Origin: an uncultured Alphaproteobacteria bacterium
GTDB lineage: Bacteria > Pseudomonadota > Alphaproteobacteria > Rhizobiales > Xanthobacteraceae
Reading direction: 5' to 3'
Assembly (NCBI GenBank): GCA_963843225.1
Contig: CAWJJT010000009.1
Coordinates: 62,916-126,915 of the forward strand
Length of the DNA stretch: 64,000 nucleotides
How positions within the stretch are numbered: position 1 is the first letter of the stretch; each line of letters opens with the position of its first letter. The notes beneath the pieces were generated by a model. That model made no database searches, was not told where the DNA came from, and worked only from the letters and a program-made list of their open reading frames with translations. Positions 50,707-60,621 of this stretch are shown here, piece by piece. The translations under genes were made by a program, and so were the position numbers.

Positions 50707-51974
50707 CCGACACCGCCTGGATCGACGCCGCGCTGACCTCGGCGCGTCCCCAGGCGGTCGGCGCGCTGCTGCGCTATTTCCGCAATCTCGACACCGCCGA
50801 GGAAGCGTTCCAGAACGCGTGCCTGCGGGCGCTGAAGAGCTGGCCGCAGAACGGTCCGCCGCGCGACCCCGCGGCGTGGCTGATCATGGTCGGGCGCAAC
50901 GTCGCGATCGACGAGGTGCGGCGCAACCGCAAGCAGGAGCCGCTGCCCGAGGACGAGGCGATCTCCGACCTCGACGACGCCGAGGAGCAGCTCGCCGAAC
51001 GGCTCGACGGCTCGCACTACCGCGACGACATCCTGCGGCTGTTGTTCATCTGCTGCCATCCCGAACTGCCGGCAACCCAGCAGATCGCGCTCGCGCTGCG
51101 CATCGTCTCCGGCCTGACGGTGAAGCAGATCGCGCGCGCCTTCCTCGTCAGCGAGGCGGCGATGGAGCAGCGCATCACCCGCGCCAAAGCCCGCGTCGCG
51201 GGGGCCGACGTGCCGTTCGAGACCCCGGGCGCGGTGGAGCGCGCCGAGCGGCTCTCGGCGGTTGCCGCGATGATCTACCTGATCTTCAACGAGGGCTATT
51301 CAGCCGGCGGCGACACCGCCGAGATCCGTGGGCCCCTGTGCGAGGAAGCCATTCGGCTGGCGCGGCTGTTGCTGCGGTTGTTCCAGGGCGAGCCCGAGAT
51401 CATGGGGCTGACCGCGCTGCTGTTGTTGCAGCACGCCCGCGCGGCGGCGCGCTTCGACGCCGACGGTGCCCTGGTGCTGCTCGACGATCAGGACCGCAGC
51501 CTGTGGAATCAGCAGTTGATCGCCGAAGGCCTGGCGCTGATCGACAAGGCGATGCGGCACCGCCGCAGCGGGCCATATCAGGTCCAGGCGGCGATCGCCG
51601 CGCTGCATGCCCGCGCCGCCAGACCCGAAGAGACCGACTGGACCCAGATCGATCTGCTCTACGGCGCGCTCGAGATCATGCAGCCGTCGCCGGTGGTGAC
51701 GCTCAATCGCGCGGTCGCGGTGTCCAAGGTGCGGGGGCCGCAGGCCGCGCTCGACATGATCGAGCCGCTTTCGTCGCGGCTGTCGAACTATTTCCATTAT
51801 TTCGGCGTGCGGGGCGCCTTCCTGATGCAGCTCGGCCGCAACGACGAGGCCCGGATCGCGTTCGACCGCGCCATCGCGCTCGCCAACACCTCGGCCGAGG
51901 CCGCTCACATCCGCATGCATCTCGACCGGCTGATGCGCGACAGCGCGCCGCGCAACACGAAGGCGGCGAAATAG
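50703..51974 (+). CDS. ECF RNA polymerase sigma factor with long TPR-containing C-terminal extension (ECF42-type)
   Basis: AEEAFQ, WPQNGPP, LFICCHP, GLTVKQIARAF, QRITRAK, YLIFNEGY, GPYQVQAAIAALH, TDW, LNRAVA; coupled to a DGPF gene. Confidence 0.9.
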   Translation: MTDTAWIDAALTSARPQAVGALLRYFRNLDTAEEAFQNACLRALKSWPQNGPPRDPAAWLIMVGRNVAIDEVRRNRKQEPLPEDEAISDLDDAEEQLAERLDGSHYRDDILRLLFICCHPELPATQQIALALRIVSGLTVKQIARAFLVSEAAMEQRITRAKARVAGADVPFETPGAVERAERLSAVAAMIYLIFNEGYSAGGDTAEIRGPLCEEAIRLARLLLRLFQGEPEIMGLTALLLLQHARAAARFDADGALVLLDDQDRSLWNQQLIAEGLALIDKAMRHRRSGPYQVQAAIAALHARAARPEETDWTQIDLLYGALEIMQPSPVVTLNRAVAVSKVRGPQAALDMIEPLSSRLSNYFHYFGVRGAFLMQLGRNDEARIAFDRAIALANTSAEAAHIRMHLDRLMRDSAPRNTKAAK

Positions 51975-51992
51975 CGGCGCAACGCCTGTCGA

Positions 51993-52018
51993 GCCGCGCA
52001 GGATCGCTGCGCGGTTTC
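51993..52018 (+). terminator. Possible terminator hairpin after the ECF gene
   Basis: GCCGCGCAG-GATCG-CTGCGCGGT followed by a short T run; between convergent genes. Confidence 0.4.
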
Positions 52019-52054
52019 ACGACATTTGCGGGAGCGGCTGTCAGCGACGCGGCG

Positions 52055-52261
52055 TCAGCCGCGTTCGGCGACGCTTTTGAGCACGAGACCGGTCAGCCGG
52101 ACCACCAGCGCTCGCAATCGCGCGTTTTCCTCGAGCAGCGACGTCACGCCGTCCGAATGGTCATCGTCTGCATAGTCTTCGTCGTGGAGCGGTGATTCGT
52201 TTAAATATTCCAGTTCGTCGCGAAATTCTTGTTTGCGATCCGGCGGATATGCGGGTCCCAT
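52055..52261 (-). CDS. Small hypothetical protein
   Basis: MGPAYPP...SLLEENARLRALVVRLTGLVLKSV; coiled-coil-like C-terminus. Confidence 0.5.
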   Translation of the reverse strand: MGPAYPPDRKQEFRDELEYLNESPLHDEDYADDDHSDGVTSLLEENARLRALVVRLTGLVLKSVAERG

Positions 52262-52439
52262 GATTACTAATCCCCTAATTAACGTCGCCGAACGTACCCC
52301 TCGTTCTGTCGCGCAAGGTGGATTGAGTTGGGGGCGAATTTGCGACCGAATTTGGGACGCGCGACGACATGATTTTTTTCCGCGCCGACGAGCACCGCAC
52401 ACCCCCAGCGTGAAATGCGGAAGAAATCATCATCGCGGT

Positions 52440-52466
52440 TGTCGAATGACGCGCCCCTCGTTCGTC
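52440..52466 (+). promoter_or_regulatory. ECF42-type promoter 2, upstream of DoxX
   Basis: TGTCG AATGACGCGCCCCTCG TTCGTC. Confidence 0.8.
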
Positions 52467-52501
52467 TTGTGATCATGTCATGCGAACGATGGAGAGGCGC
52501 G

Positions 52502-52951
52502 ATGAATGTACAGGACGGTAATCTGGTCGGCGAGGCCACGCCGGCAATCCCGGAGCTGCCGCCGGCATCGGGCCCGGCGCGGTGGCTCGGCCGCGGCCTC
52601 AGCGGTCTTGTCATCGTGTTTTTGCTGTTCGACGGGGCCATCAAGCTGGTGCCGTGGCCGGTTGTCACGGAAACGATGGACCGCATCGGCTATGGTTCGA
52701 GCGAAGCGCTGGCGCGGACCCTGGGCGTCATCACGGTTGCCTGCACCGTTCTCTACGCGATCCCGCCGACGTCGATCCTGGGCGCGATCCTGTTGACCGG
52801 ATATCTCGGCGGCGCGATGGCCTCGCATCTGCGGATCGACAGCCCGCTGTTCACCCACACGCTGTTCGGATTTTATCTCGGGCTGATGGTGTGGGGCGGG
52901 CTGTGGTTGCGCGACCGGAAATTGCGGGCCTTGATGCCCTGGCGGCGCTGA
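52502..52951 (+). CDS. DoxX family membrane protein
   Basis: FDGAIKL, PPTSILGAILLTGYLGGAMASHLR, WGGLWLRD. Confidence 0.88.
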   Translation: MNVQDGNLVGEATPAIPELPPASGPARWLGRGLSGLVIVFLLFDGAIKLVPWPVVTETMDRIGYGSSEALARTLGVITVACTVLYAIPPTSILGAILLTGYLGGAMASHLRIDSPLFTHTLFGFYLGLMVWGGLWLRDRKLRALMPWRR

Positions 52952-52972
52952 TCGAGATATTTTCGGAGGCCG

Positions 52973-52999
52973 TGTCGGATCGCGCCAGCGCCGTTCGTC
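52973..52999 (+). promoter_or_regulatory. ECF42-type promoter 3, upstream of SRPBCC-VOC
   Basis: TGTCG GATCGCGCCAGCGCCG TTCGTC. Confidence 0.8.
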
Positions 53000-53051
53000 C
53001 TCGGGCCGAGTTATTGGGCTGAACGATTGAAATGTGACAACGGAGTATTCC

Positions 53052-53588
53052 ATGTTTGAAACCATTGCCGTCATCGCCGCCGTGCTCGGGCTCGCGATCG
53101 TGGCCATACTGATCCTCGCCGCGACCAGGCCGAACACCTTCAGCGTGCAGCGCGCCACGACCGTAAGGGCGCCGGCGGAAAAGATATTTCCGCTGATCAA
53201 CGATTTCCGTCAGTGGGGAAGCTGGTCGCCCTACGAGCACAAGGACCCCGCGATGAAGCGCACCTTTGGCGGCGCGGCGAGCGGCAAGGGTGCGGTCTAT
53301 GCGTGGGACGGCAACAAGAATGTCGGATCCGGCCGCATGGAAATCCTCGACACGTCGGCGCCGGCGAAGATCGTCATCAAGCTCGATTTCTTTACGCCGT
53401 TCGAAGGCCACAACACCGCCGAATTCACAATGCTGCCGCAGGGCGATGCTACCAACCTGACGTGGCTGATGCACGGCCCGGCGCCGTTCATGGCGAAGAT
53501 CATGCATGTGTTCATGAACATCGACCGCATGGTCGGCAAGGATTTTGAGATCGGTCTCGCCAATCTGAAACGGCTCACCGAGAAATAA
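53052..53588 (+). CDS. SRPBCC / polyketide cyclase family protein with N-terminal TM
   Basis: WGSWSPY, GKGAVYAWDGNKNVGSGRM, VGKDFEIGLANLK. Confidence 0.9.
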   Translation: MFETIAVIAAVLGLAIVAILILAATRPNTFSVQRATTVRAPAEKIFPLINDFRQWGSWSPYEHKDPAMKRTFGGAASGKGAVYAWDGNKNVGSGRMEILDTSAPAKIVIKLDFFTPFEGHNTAEFTMLPQGDATNLTWLMHGPAPFMAKIMHVFMNIDRMVGKDFEIGLANLKRLTEK

Positions 53589-53622
53589 TCCGACATCGAC
53601 AGCGACCACCAAGGAGAAGGCG

Positions 53623-54033
53623 ATGCAGGTCAATCCCTATCTGTTCTACGACGGCAATTGCGAAGCGGCGTTCAAGTTCTACGAAAAGGCGCTCGGCGCG
53701 AAGATCGAGCTGATGTTGAGAAACGAGGAGGCACCGGAGTCGATGCCGGCGCCGCCGGAACGGAAAAAGAAGATCATGCACGCCAGGATGACGATCGACG
53801 GCACGGTGCTGATGGCGTCCGACGCGCCTCCCGAACACTTTCACAAGCCGCAGGGCTTTTCGGTCTCGCTCACGGTCGGCGAACCCGCCGAGGCCGAGCG
53901 CAAGTTCAAGGCGCTGTCGGAAGGCGGCAGCGTCAACATGCCCTTCAGCAAGACCTTCTTCTCCAGGGGGTTTGGCATGTGCGTCGACCAGTTCGGCATT
54001 CCCTGGATGGTCAACTGTCCGCCGGAACAGTGA
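53623..54033 (+). CDS. PhnB-like VOC family protein
   Basis: NPYLFYDGNCEAAFKFY, IMHA, LMASD, DQFGIPWMVN. Confidence 0.92.
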   Translation: MQVNPYLFYDGNCEAAFKFYEKALGAKIELMLRNEEAPESMPAPPERKKKIMHARMTIDGTVLMASDAPPEHFHKPQGFSVSLTVGEPAEAERKFKALSEGGSVNMPFSKTFFSRGFGMCVDQFGIPWMVNCPPEQ

Positions 54034-54040
54034 TCGCGTT

Positions 54041-54481
54041 CTACCGGCACCTCGGATAGATCGCGGCGAGTTCGCGCCCGCGCAGCAGCAGCATGCGCGA
54101 ACTCAATCCGCCGCGGCGCATGATCCAGCCGCGCACCGCTTCGGGATAGGCCTGCAGGACTACCTTTGATGCCTCCGGCTCGGAATACATCCGCCCCCGC
54201 CGGTCGACCGAGCGCGCGGCGTGGAAGCCGAGGACCGCGCGGCGGGTGACGCAGATGCGGTCGCCCGGCACCACGTCGAGCACCAGCGTGCAGGCCGACA
54301 GGCAGGGCCCGTCGATCACCACGCGCTCGCCCGACTCGCGCACCCGTTCGAACAGATCGAGGAACGATCCGACTTCGCCGCCGGGGCTGGCAAGGATGCG
54401 GATCTCGGCGCGCGCGACACCCGGAACGGCCGCGCAGAGCAAGCTTGCGAGAAGGACTGCCTTCAAGGCCGCCTTTGCCAT
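54041..54481 (-). CDS. Exported hypothetical protein (SPGG...IDGPCLSACT motif)
   Basis: Signal peptide; SPGG, VVIDGPCLSACTL, LGFHAA resemble ClpP/crotonase-like small rhizobial proteins. Confidence 0.7.
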   Translation of the reverse strand: MAKAALKAVLLASLLCAAVPGVARAEIRILASPGGEVGSFLDLFERVRESGERVVIDGPCLSACTLVLDVVPGDRICVTRRAVLGFHAARSVDRRGRMYSEPEASKVVLQAYPEAVRGWIMRRGGLSSRMLLLRGRELAAIYPRCR

Positions 54482-54629
54482 GAGCGCGCTCCCGGTTGCG
54501 GTGAACAACCGAGATAATCAACGGCGCGTCGTGCGCAAGGTCAACCGGCGCGGCTGGCGGCGCGCGTCCTGCAGCGCGTTCACGATCGTGAGCGCGCTCC
54601 GGTGGAGTAGTCCATCGAATCTGGGACGG

Positions 54630-54920
54630 TCACGCCGTCCTGTTCTTGAGGGCGCCGACGATCGCCGTAAGAACGGCACCGGCAACGCCGCCACCGGCCA
54701 CCTGACCGATGATGCTGCCGATATCCGGCGTCGAGGCGCTGTTGGCAAGCAGGGGAATCAGCATGCCGAGGATCTGTCCCCCGGCGCCTCCCCCGATTGC
54801 ACCTGCGATCGTGTTTCCGACTGTACCCAGATCGATATTCTTGGCGGCACCGGCGGCAACATTTCCGCCGACGGCCCCGCTGATGATCTGGATGATCAGA
54901 TTGATGAGTAATCCCGACAT
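54630..54920 (-). CDS. Small Gly-rich membrane protein
   Basis: IIQIISGAVGGN...GNTIAGAIGG...GGVAGAVLTAIVG. Confidence 0.75.
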   Translation of the reverse strand: MSGLLINLIIQIISGAVGGNVAAGAAKNIDLGTVGNTIAGAIGGGAGGQILGMLIPLLANSASTPDIGSIIGQVAGGGVAGAVLTAIVGALKNRTA

Positions 54921-55083
54921 GGCGCGATACTCCCCGATCCGGTGTTCGGTTTCAGTGCTGGATGCGACGCCGGACCACCGCCGCGCGGCGCGCAACTTAA
55001 GCGTTTGCAGCGCGAAGGTCACGCTGCGCCGGCGAACGACCCGGATGAAAACTGTGGAGATCGCCGGCGAGGAGGGAGAGGCG

Positions 55084-55872
55084 CTAGCCGTTGCGGCGCT
55101 GGCCGCGCAGCGTCGGCAGGCCAATGCCGGCGGCATCGAAGCCGCCGTCAACCGCGAGCACCTGTCCGGTGATGTAGCTGGCGCGGTCGCTGCACAGGAA
55201 GAACACGGCTTCCGCCAGTTCTTCCTCCAGTCCGTAGCGGTTGAGCGGAATGGCGTCGTGATAGTCGGCGCGGATCTCCGGCGTGTGGACGGCTTTCGCC
55301 ATTGCGGTCTCGACCGGGCCGGGCGCGACGCCGTTGACGCGGATGCCGAGCGAGGCCAGTTCGACCGCGAGTTGCTTGGTCAGATGCGCAAGGCCCGCCT
55401 TGCTGGTGCCATAGGCCGAACGCAGCGTGGAGGCGCGCACCGCCGAGATCGAGGTGATGTTCACGATCGCGCCGCCGCCTTGCTCACGCATCAGCGGCAC
55501 CGCCGCCTTGGTGCAGAGGAACGGCCCCGTGAGGTTGACCTCCAGCACCCGGCGCCAGTCCTCGTTGGAAGTCTCGAGCAGCGGCGCGAACACCGCGATC
55601 CCGGCATTGTTGACCAGCGCATCGAGCCGGCCGAAGCGCCGCTCGATTTCGGCAAACGCGCTTCCCACCGCGCTCGCATCGGACACGTCGCAATGCAGCC
55701 CCAGCGTTTGGCCCGCGGCGTTCAGCGCCTCCACGCTCTGCCACAGCAGTTCGCCCTCGATGTCGAGCAGCGCCACCCGCCAGCCCTCGGCGAGAAACTT
55801 TTTGGCGACGGCGAGCCCGATGCCGCGCGCGGCGCCGGTCACCAGCGCGACTTTTTGGGGGGCAGGGGTCAT
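55084..55872 (-). CDS. SDR family oxidoreductase
   Basis: TGAARGIG, NNAG, YGTSK, NGVAPG, ITGQVLAVDGG. Confidence 0.93.
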   Translation of the reverse strand: MTPAPQKVALVTGAARGIGLAVAKKFLAEGWRVALLDIEGELLWQSVEALNAAGQTLGLHCDVSDASAVGSAFAEIERRFGRLDALVNNAGIAVFAPLLETSNEDWRRVLEVNLTGPFLCTKAAVPLMREQGGGAIVNITSISAVRASTLRSAYGTSKAGLAHLTKQLAVELASLGIRVNGVAPGPVETAMAKAVHTPEIRADYHDAIPLNRYGLEEELAEAVFFLCSDRASYITGQVLAVDGGFDAAGIGLPTLRGQRRNG

Positions 55873-55981
55873 GGATCGATCCATCGTTGGCAGGGTCGTT
55901 GGTCTGTGCCGTCCCTAGCACGAAAGCGACGGGTCTGCTTTCCTATCCGGGCCGCATCGGCTGTGCAAAGGGTCGGATATC

Positions 55982-56365
55982 ATGAAGATCAGCGACATCA
56001 GGGATGCCTCGCCCGAATCCTGGCGGCCGGGGGTCGAGACGCGCATGCTGGTCTCGGCGCGCAATGGCGCGACGCAATTGTGCATCTTCGAGCAATGGGT
56101 CGCCCCGGGAACCGGCGCGCCGACGCACTCCCATCCCGTCGAAGAGGTGCTGACGGTGCGCGAAGGCGAGGCCGAGATGTGGATCGGCGAGCAGCGCCTC
56201 ACGGTGACCGCGGGCCAGTCCCTGATCGTGCCGGCGGGACGCAAGCATGGTTTCCGCAATTCCGGCGCCGCCACGTTGCATCTGCACGCGGTGCTGGCGT
56301 CGCCAATTTTCGAGATGACACCGGAAGGCGCGGTGGAACCGGTGCGAAGATGGGAAGCCCAGTGA
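55982..56365 (+). CDS. Cupin domain protein
   Basis: PTHSHPVEEVLTV...G, IVPAGRKHGFRN. Confidence 0.88.
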   Translation: MKISDIRDASPESWRPGVETRMLVSARNGATQLCIFEQWVAPGTGAPTHSHPVEEVLTVREGEAEMWIGEQRLTVTAGQSLIVPAGRKHGFRNSGAATLHLHAVLASPIFEMTPEGAVEPVRRWEAQ

Positions 56366-56397
56366 AAAACTCGAGGCGAAATAAATTTTAACCGGAA

Positions 56398-56424
56398 TGT
56401 CGGTCTGCCTCGGTTTCGTTCGTC
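56398..56424 (+). promoter_or_regulatory. ECF42-type promoter 4, upstream of NTF2-GST
   Basis: TGTCG GTCTGCCTCGGTTTCG TTCGTC. Confidence 0.8.
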
Positions 56425-56481
56425 GTCCCCGTGTTCGCTATACCGCTCCCTCGCGACAATCGCCGGCATGAGGAGCCTGAC

Positions 56482-56855
56482 GTGACAGCCCAAAGCAAGG
56501 CGGAAATCGTCCGCGCGCTCTTTGCCGCCTATCTCGTCGAATGACCGCAAGGCCGTCGAGGATTTTTTCGCCGACGATTTCCGCTTTACCAGTCCCTATG
56601 ACAACGGGATCGACAAGGCGACCTATTTCGAGCGCTGCTGGCGCAACAGCGACTGGATCGAACGGCATGAATTGGAGCAAATCCTTGTTCGATGGCGACG
56701 AGGCGTTTGTGACTTACGAATGCGTCGCCAAAGGCGGCAAGAGCTTTCGCAACACCGAGTTCTTCGCTTTCGCGGGCGACAAGATCAAACGTATCGACGT
56801 CTATTTCGGCGCCAGCTATCAGGATGGCGTTTTCGTCAAACAAGCCGAAGCTTGA
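56482..56855 (+). CDS. NTF2/SnoaL-like protein (frameshifts near 56535, 56685)
   Basis: GAGGAG RBS and GTG start; DDFRFTSPYDNGIDKATYFERCW, FRNTEFF, IDVYFG. Confidence 0.8.
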
Positions 56856-56867
56856 ATTGGAGTCCGC

Positions 56868-57514
56868 ATGTCGCTGAAGCTGCATTTCCACCCGCTGGCC
56901 TCATACTGCCACAAGGTCCTGATCGCGCTGTATGAGAACGATACGCCGTTCACGCCCAACATGGTCGATCTCTCCAGCGAGCGCGAACGGGCGGCGCTGT
57001 TGGCGATGTGGCCGATCGGCAAATTCCCGGTGCTGCGCGACGCCGCGCGCGAACAGACCGTCCCCGAATCGACTGTCATCATCGAATATCTCGATCGCCA
57101 TTATCCGGGCGCGACGCGGTTCATCCCGGTCGACACCGACCTTGCTGGCAGACGCGGCTGCGCGACCGGTTCTACGACCACTACGTGCATGAGCCGATGC
57201 AGAAGATCGTCGGCGACCGGCTGCGCCCCGAGGGCAAGAAGGATCCGCACGGCGTGGAGGAGGCGCGGGCGCGGCTGCGCGTCAGCTACGGCATGGTCGA
57301 ACAGGAGATGGCGACGCGGCGCTGGGCGATGGGCGAGGAATTCAGTCTCGCCGATTGCGCCGCCGCGCCTGCATTGTTCTATGCCAATGAGGTGATGCCG
57401 TTCGGCGACGAGCATGCCAACGTCGCCGCCTATCTCGATCGGTTGAAGGCGCGGCCATCCTACGCCCGCGTGCTGAAGGAAGCGGAGCCGTATTTCGCCA
57501 TGTTCCCGAGATAG
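56868..57514 (+). CDS. Glutathione S-transferase family protein (frameshift near 57147)
   Basis: HPLASYCHKVLIALYE, WPIGKFPVL, ESTVIIEYL, FSLADCAAAPAL, RPSYARV. Confidence 0.88.
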
Positions 57515-57559
57515 CTGCGATCCGGCCCGCAATTACTTCCGAAATAATTCCAGATCTCG

Positions 57560-57586
57560 TGTCGGTGGCGCAAAACCCTGTTCGTC
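57560..57586 (+). promoter_or_regulatory. ECF42-type promoter 5, upstream of the second YciI gene
   Basis: TGTCG GTGGCGCAAAACCCTG TTCGTC. Confidence 0.8.
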
Positions 57587-57641
57587 TTGTTGATGAGCGC
57601 CGGTCGGCAACCGGCCTGCGAAATCGAAACGGAGCGTGACC

Positions 57642-58058
57642 ATGCGATTCATGATGCTGATGATCCCCAAGGGCTACGAGACCGCGGCGCCGGGCACCAT
57701 GCCGCCCGTCGACGCGGTGGCCGCGATGATGAAATACAACGAAGCGCTGAAGGAGGCCGGGGTGTTGATCACGCTCGACGGGTTGCATCCGCCGTCGATG
57801 GGCGCGCGGGTCTCCTTCGCCGGCGGCAAGCCGATGGTGACCGACGGCCCCTTCGCCGAATCCAAGGAAGTGCTCGGCGGCTACTGGATGATCGAGGTAA
57901 AGTCGAAGGAGGAGGCGATCGCCTGGGCGAAGCGCTGCCCGGCTTCCAATAACGAGATCATCGAAATCCGCCAGGTCCAGGAATTCGAGGATTTCTCCCC
58001 CGAGGTGAAGCAGGCCGCGGCGGGATTTGCCGAGTTGCAGGCCGGAACCGGGGGCTGA
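57642..58058 (+). CDS. YciI/DGPF family protein
   Basis: GLHP, VTDGPFAESKEVLGGYW, EAIAWAKRCP, IEIRQ. Confidence 0.93.
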   Translation: MRFMMLMIPKGYETAAPGTMPPVDAVAAMMKYNEALKEAGVLITLDGLHPPSMGARVSFAGGKPMVTDGPFAESKEVLGGYWMIEVKSKEEAIAWAKRCPASNNEIIEIRQVQEFEDFSPEVKQAAAGFAELQAGTGG

Positions 58059-58123
58059 CGAGGGTCGCGGGAGGTTAACAAACGTTAAGCCCCCGAGGCG
58101 CTAGTGACCTTTGCGGCCGGCTC

Positions 58124-58142
58124 ATGTAAAAGCCTTTCACAT
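58124..58142. promoter_or_regulatory. Putative TetR operator overlapping the tetR start codon
   Basis: ATGTAAAAGCCTTTCACAT, an imperfect version of the perfect palindrome at 58926. Confidence 0.65.
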
Positions 58143-58872
58143 GAGCTGGCGCAAGGAAGAACGCCGCGCCGAGCGCGGCTATCATCACGGGAACCTGAAA
58201 GAAGCGCTGCTGCAGGCGGCGCTTGGGTTGATCGCGGAGAAGGGTGCGGCCGGCTTTACCTTCGCCGATGCCGCGCGGATGGCGGGCGTCAGTCCGGCGG
58301 CGCCATACCGGCATTTCCGCGACCGCGACGAATTGCTGTCGAGCATCGCGCAGCGCGGATTCGAACAGTTCGAAGCGGCGTTGACGCAAGCCTGGGATGA
58401 CGGGCGTCCCGACACCGTCACGGCGTTCGAGCGGGTCGGCAAGGCCTATCTCGCTTTCGCCCGCAACGAACCGGCGTTCTATTCGGCGATGTTCGAATCG
58501 GGACTTCCCGTCGACCTTAATCCTGCGCTGCAGGCCGCCAGCGAGCGCGCCTTCGGCATTATCAGGGCGGCAGCCGAGCGGCTCGCAGCACTTGCGCCGC
58601 CCGGCACGCCACGCCCGCCGGCGCTGATGATGGCACTGCACATCTGGTCGATGTCGCACGGCGTCGCCTCACTGTTCGCACGCGGCGATGCGGCGCGCCG
58701 CAAGCTGCCGATGTCGGCGGAGGATCTCCTGGAAGCGGAAGTGCTGATCTATCTGCGCGGTCTCGGCTTCCCGACCGAGCGACGGCCTTCCGCGCCGAAT
58801 GGGCCGACCGATCAAAAACCGCCTGGACCACCCCCGGTCCCTCCATCGGGCCCCTGGGGCACCCCAAAATAA
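58141..58872 (+). CDS. TetR/AcrR family regulator (WHG-like C-terminal domain)
   Basis: YHHGNLKEALL, AGVSPAAPYRHFRDRDELL, WSMSHG. Confidence 0.92.
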   Translation: MSWRKEERRAERGYHHGNLKEALLQAALGLIAEKGAAGFTFADAARMAGVSPAAPYRHFRDRDELLSSIAQRGFEQFEAALTQAWDDGRPDTVTAFERVGKAYLAFARNEPAFYSAMFESGLPVDLNPALQAASERAFGIIRAAAERLAALAPPGTPRPPALMMALHIWSMSHGVASLFARGDAARRKLPMSAEDLLEAEVLIYLRGLGFPTERRPSAPNGPTDQKPPGPPPVPPSGPWGTPK

Positions 58873-58898
58873 ATTCGCGAGCGCCGCTTCCGCCCGGC

Positions 58899-58944
58899 TT
58901 GACAAAAACCGGGGATGGTTTACGTATGTAAATGTTATTTACAT
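58899..58944 (+). promoter_or_regulatory. Sigma70-like promoter with palindromic operator upstream of DUF2852
   Basis: TTGACA at 58899-58904; perfect palindrome ATGTAAAT-GTT-ATTTACAT at 58926-58944. Confidence 0.7.
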
Positions 58945-58977
58945 TCACAACGGCGTGACGCCGTCATGGAGAGGGAA

Positions 58978-59460
58978 ATGGCCTACACCGCAGATGTCAA
59001 TCGTTGGCGCGGTCCCGCTGAAGAACCCTACGACCGTCCCCCACGCATGCTGGAATCCCCCTGGCACCCCGGCTGGATCGCCGTGACCGTGCTCGGCTTC
59101 ATCATCTGGTGGCCGATCGGCCTCGCCCTTCTCTTTTTCACACTCGGGAGCAGAAAAATGGGTTGCTGGAGTCATCAGGACCGCTGGTCGAACAAGATGG
59201 AGCGGATGCAGTACAAGATGGAGCGGATGAAGAACCGGATGGAGCGCCGCGGCTTCCCGTTCGGCTCGCCCTCGAGCGGCAACCGCGCCTTCGACGAATA
59301 CCGCATGGAAACGCTACGGCGTCTGGAGGAAGAGCAGACCGAATTCAGGGATTTCCTCGATCGCCTGCGCCACGCCAAGGACAAGGAAGAGTTCGACCAG
59401 TTCATGGCCCAGCACCGGCCGCGTCCGACCCCGCCCCAGGACGGCCAGCCCCAAGCCTGA
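58978..59460 (+). CDS. DUF2852 family protein
   Basis: TM ending WPIGLA, SSGNRAFDEYR, LRRLEEEQ, LRHAKDKEEFDQFM. Confidence 0.9.
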   Translation: MAYTADVNRWRGPAEEPYDRPPRMLESPWHPGWIAVTVLGFIIWWPIGLALLFFTLGSRKMGCWSHQDRWSNKMERMQYKMERMKNRMERRGFPFGSPSSGNRAFDEYRMETLRRLEEEQTEFRDFLDRLRHAKDKEEFDQFMAQHRPRPTPPQDGQPQA

Positions 59461-59515
59461 GCCTCATAGGCTAAAGCCGGAAGGCCGAGTGCCCCCCATA
59501 ACGCCTGATGGCAAG

Positions 59516-59557
59516 AAGACCGCCCGTTTGCGAAAGCAGACGGGCGGTTTTGTTTGT
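59516..59557 (+). terminator. Rho-independent terminator
   Basis: ACCGCCCGTTTGC-GAAA-GCAGACGGGCGGT followed by TTTGTTTGT. Confidence 0.85.
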
Positions 59558-59634
59558 GCCCCGGAAGGGGTAGGTTTCGAACCGGTTCCTCCGGATCCCG
59601 GCGGCCGCATTTCGGGGTGGCAAAATCCCCTTTG

Positions 59635-59653
59635 GTAACCGGGTATTAACCAT
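59635..59653 (+). promoter_or_regulatory. CtrA-binding site upstream of tolQ
   Basis: GTAA-CCGGGTA-TTAACCAT; one mismatch to TTAA-N7-TTAAC. Confidence 0.55.
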
Positions 59654-59868
59654 GATTGGCGTCTGGTTGGAGGCGTTATGACGCGCCGGTAGCCCTCGTT
59701 TTGACATGTTGGCACGGGAAGCAGGCCCCGGCTTTGGACGGGCCTCCCATGTGACAGAGATCAGGGCTCACGCGCTGGCGTTTACGCCGCGCCCGCCGCG
59801 CGGCTGTCGAACCGGCAGCCATTTGCTCCCGGAGGATTTGGGACACTTGCGTTGAGAGGATACTGCTT

Positions 59869-60582
<714 letters not shown>

Positions 60583-60621
60583 CTGGCGGTATAATGCGAA
60601 GCCCAACATGAGCACCCGATC

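Noticed and set aside
58074-58089. GTTAAC-AAACG-TTAAG as a CtrA box
   Set aside because: The spacer between the TTAA half-sites is 6 nt, not 7
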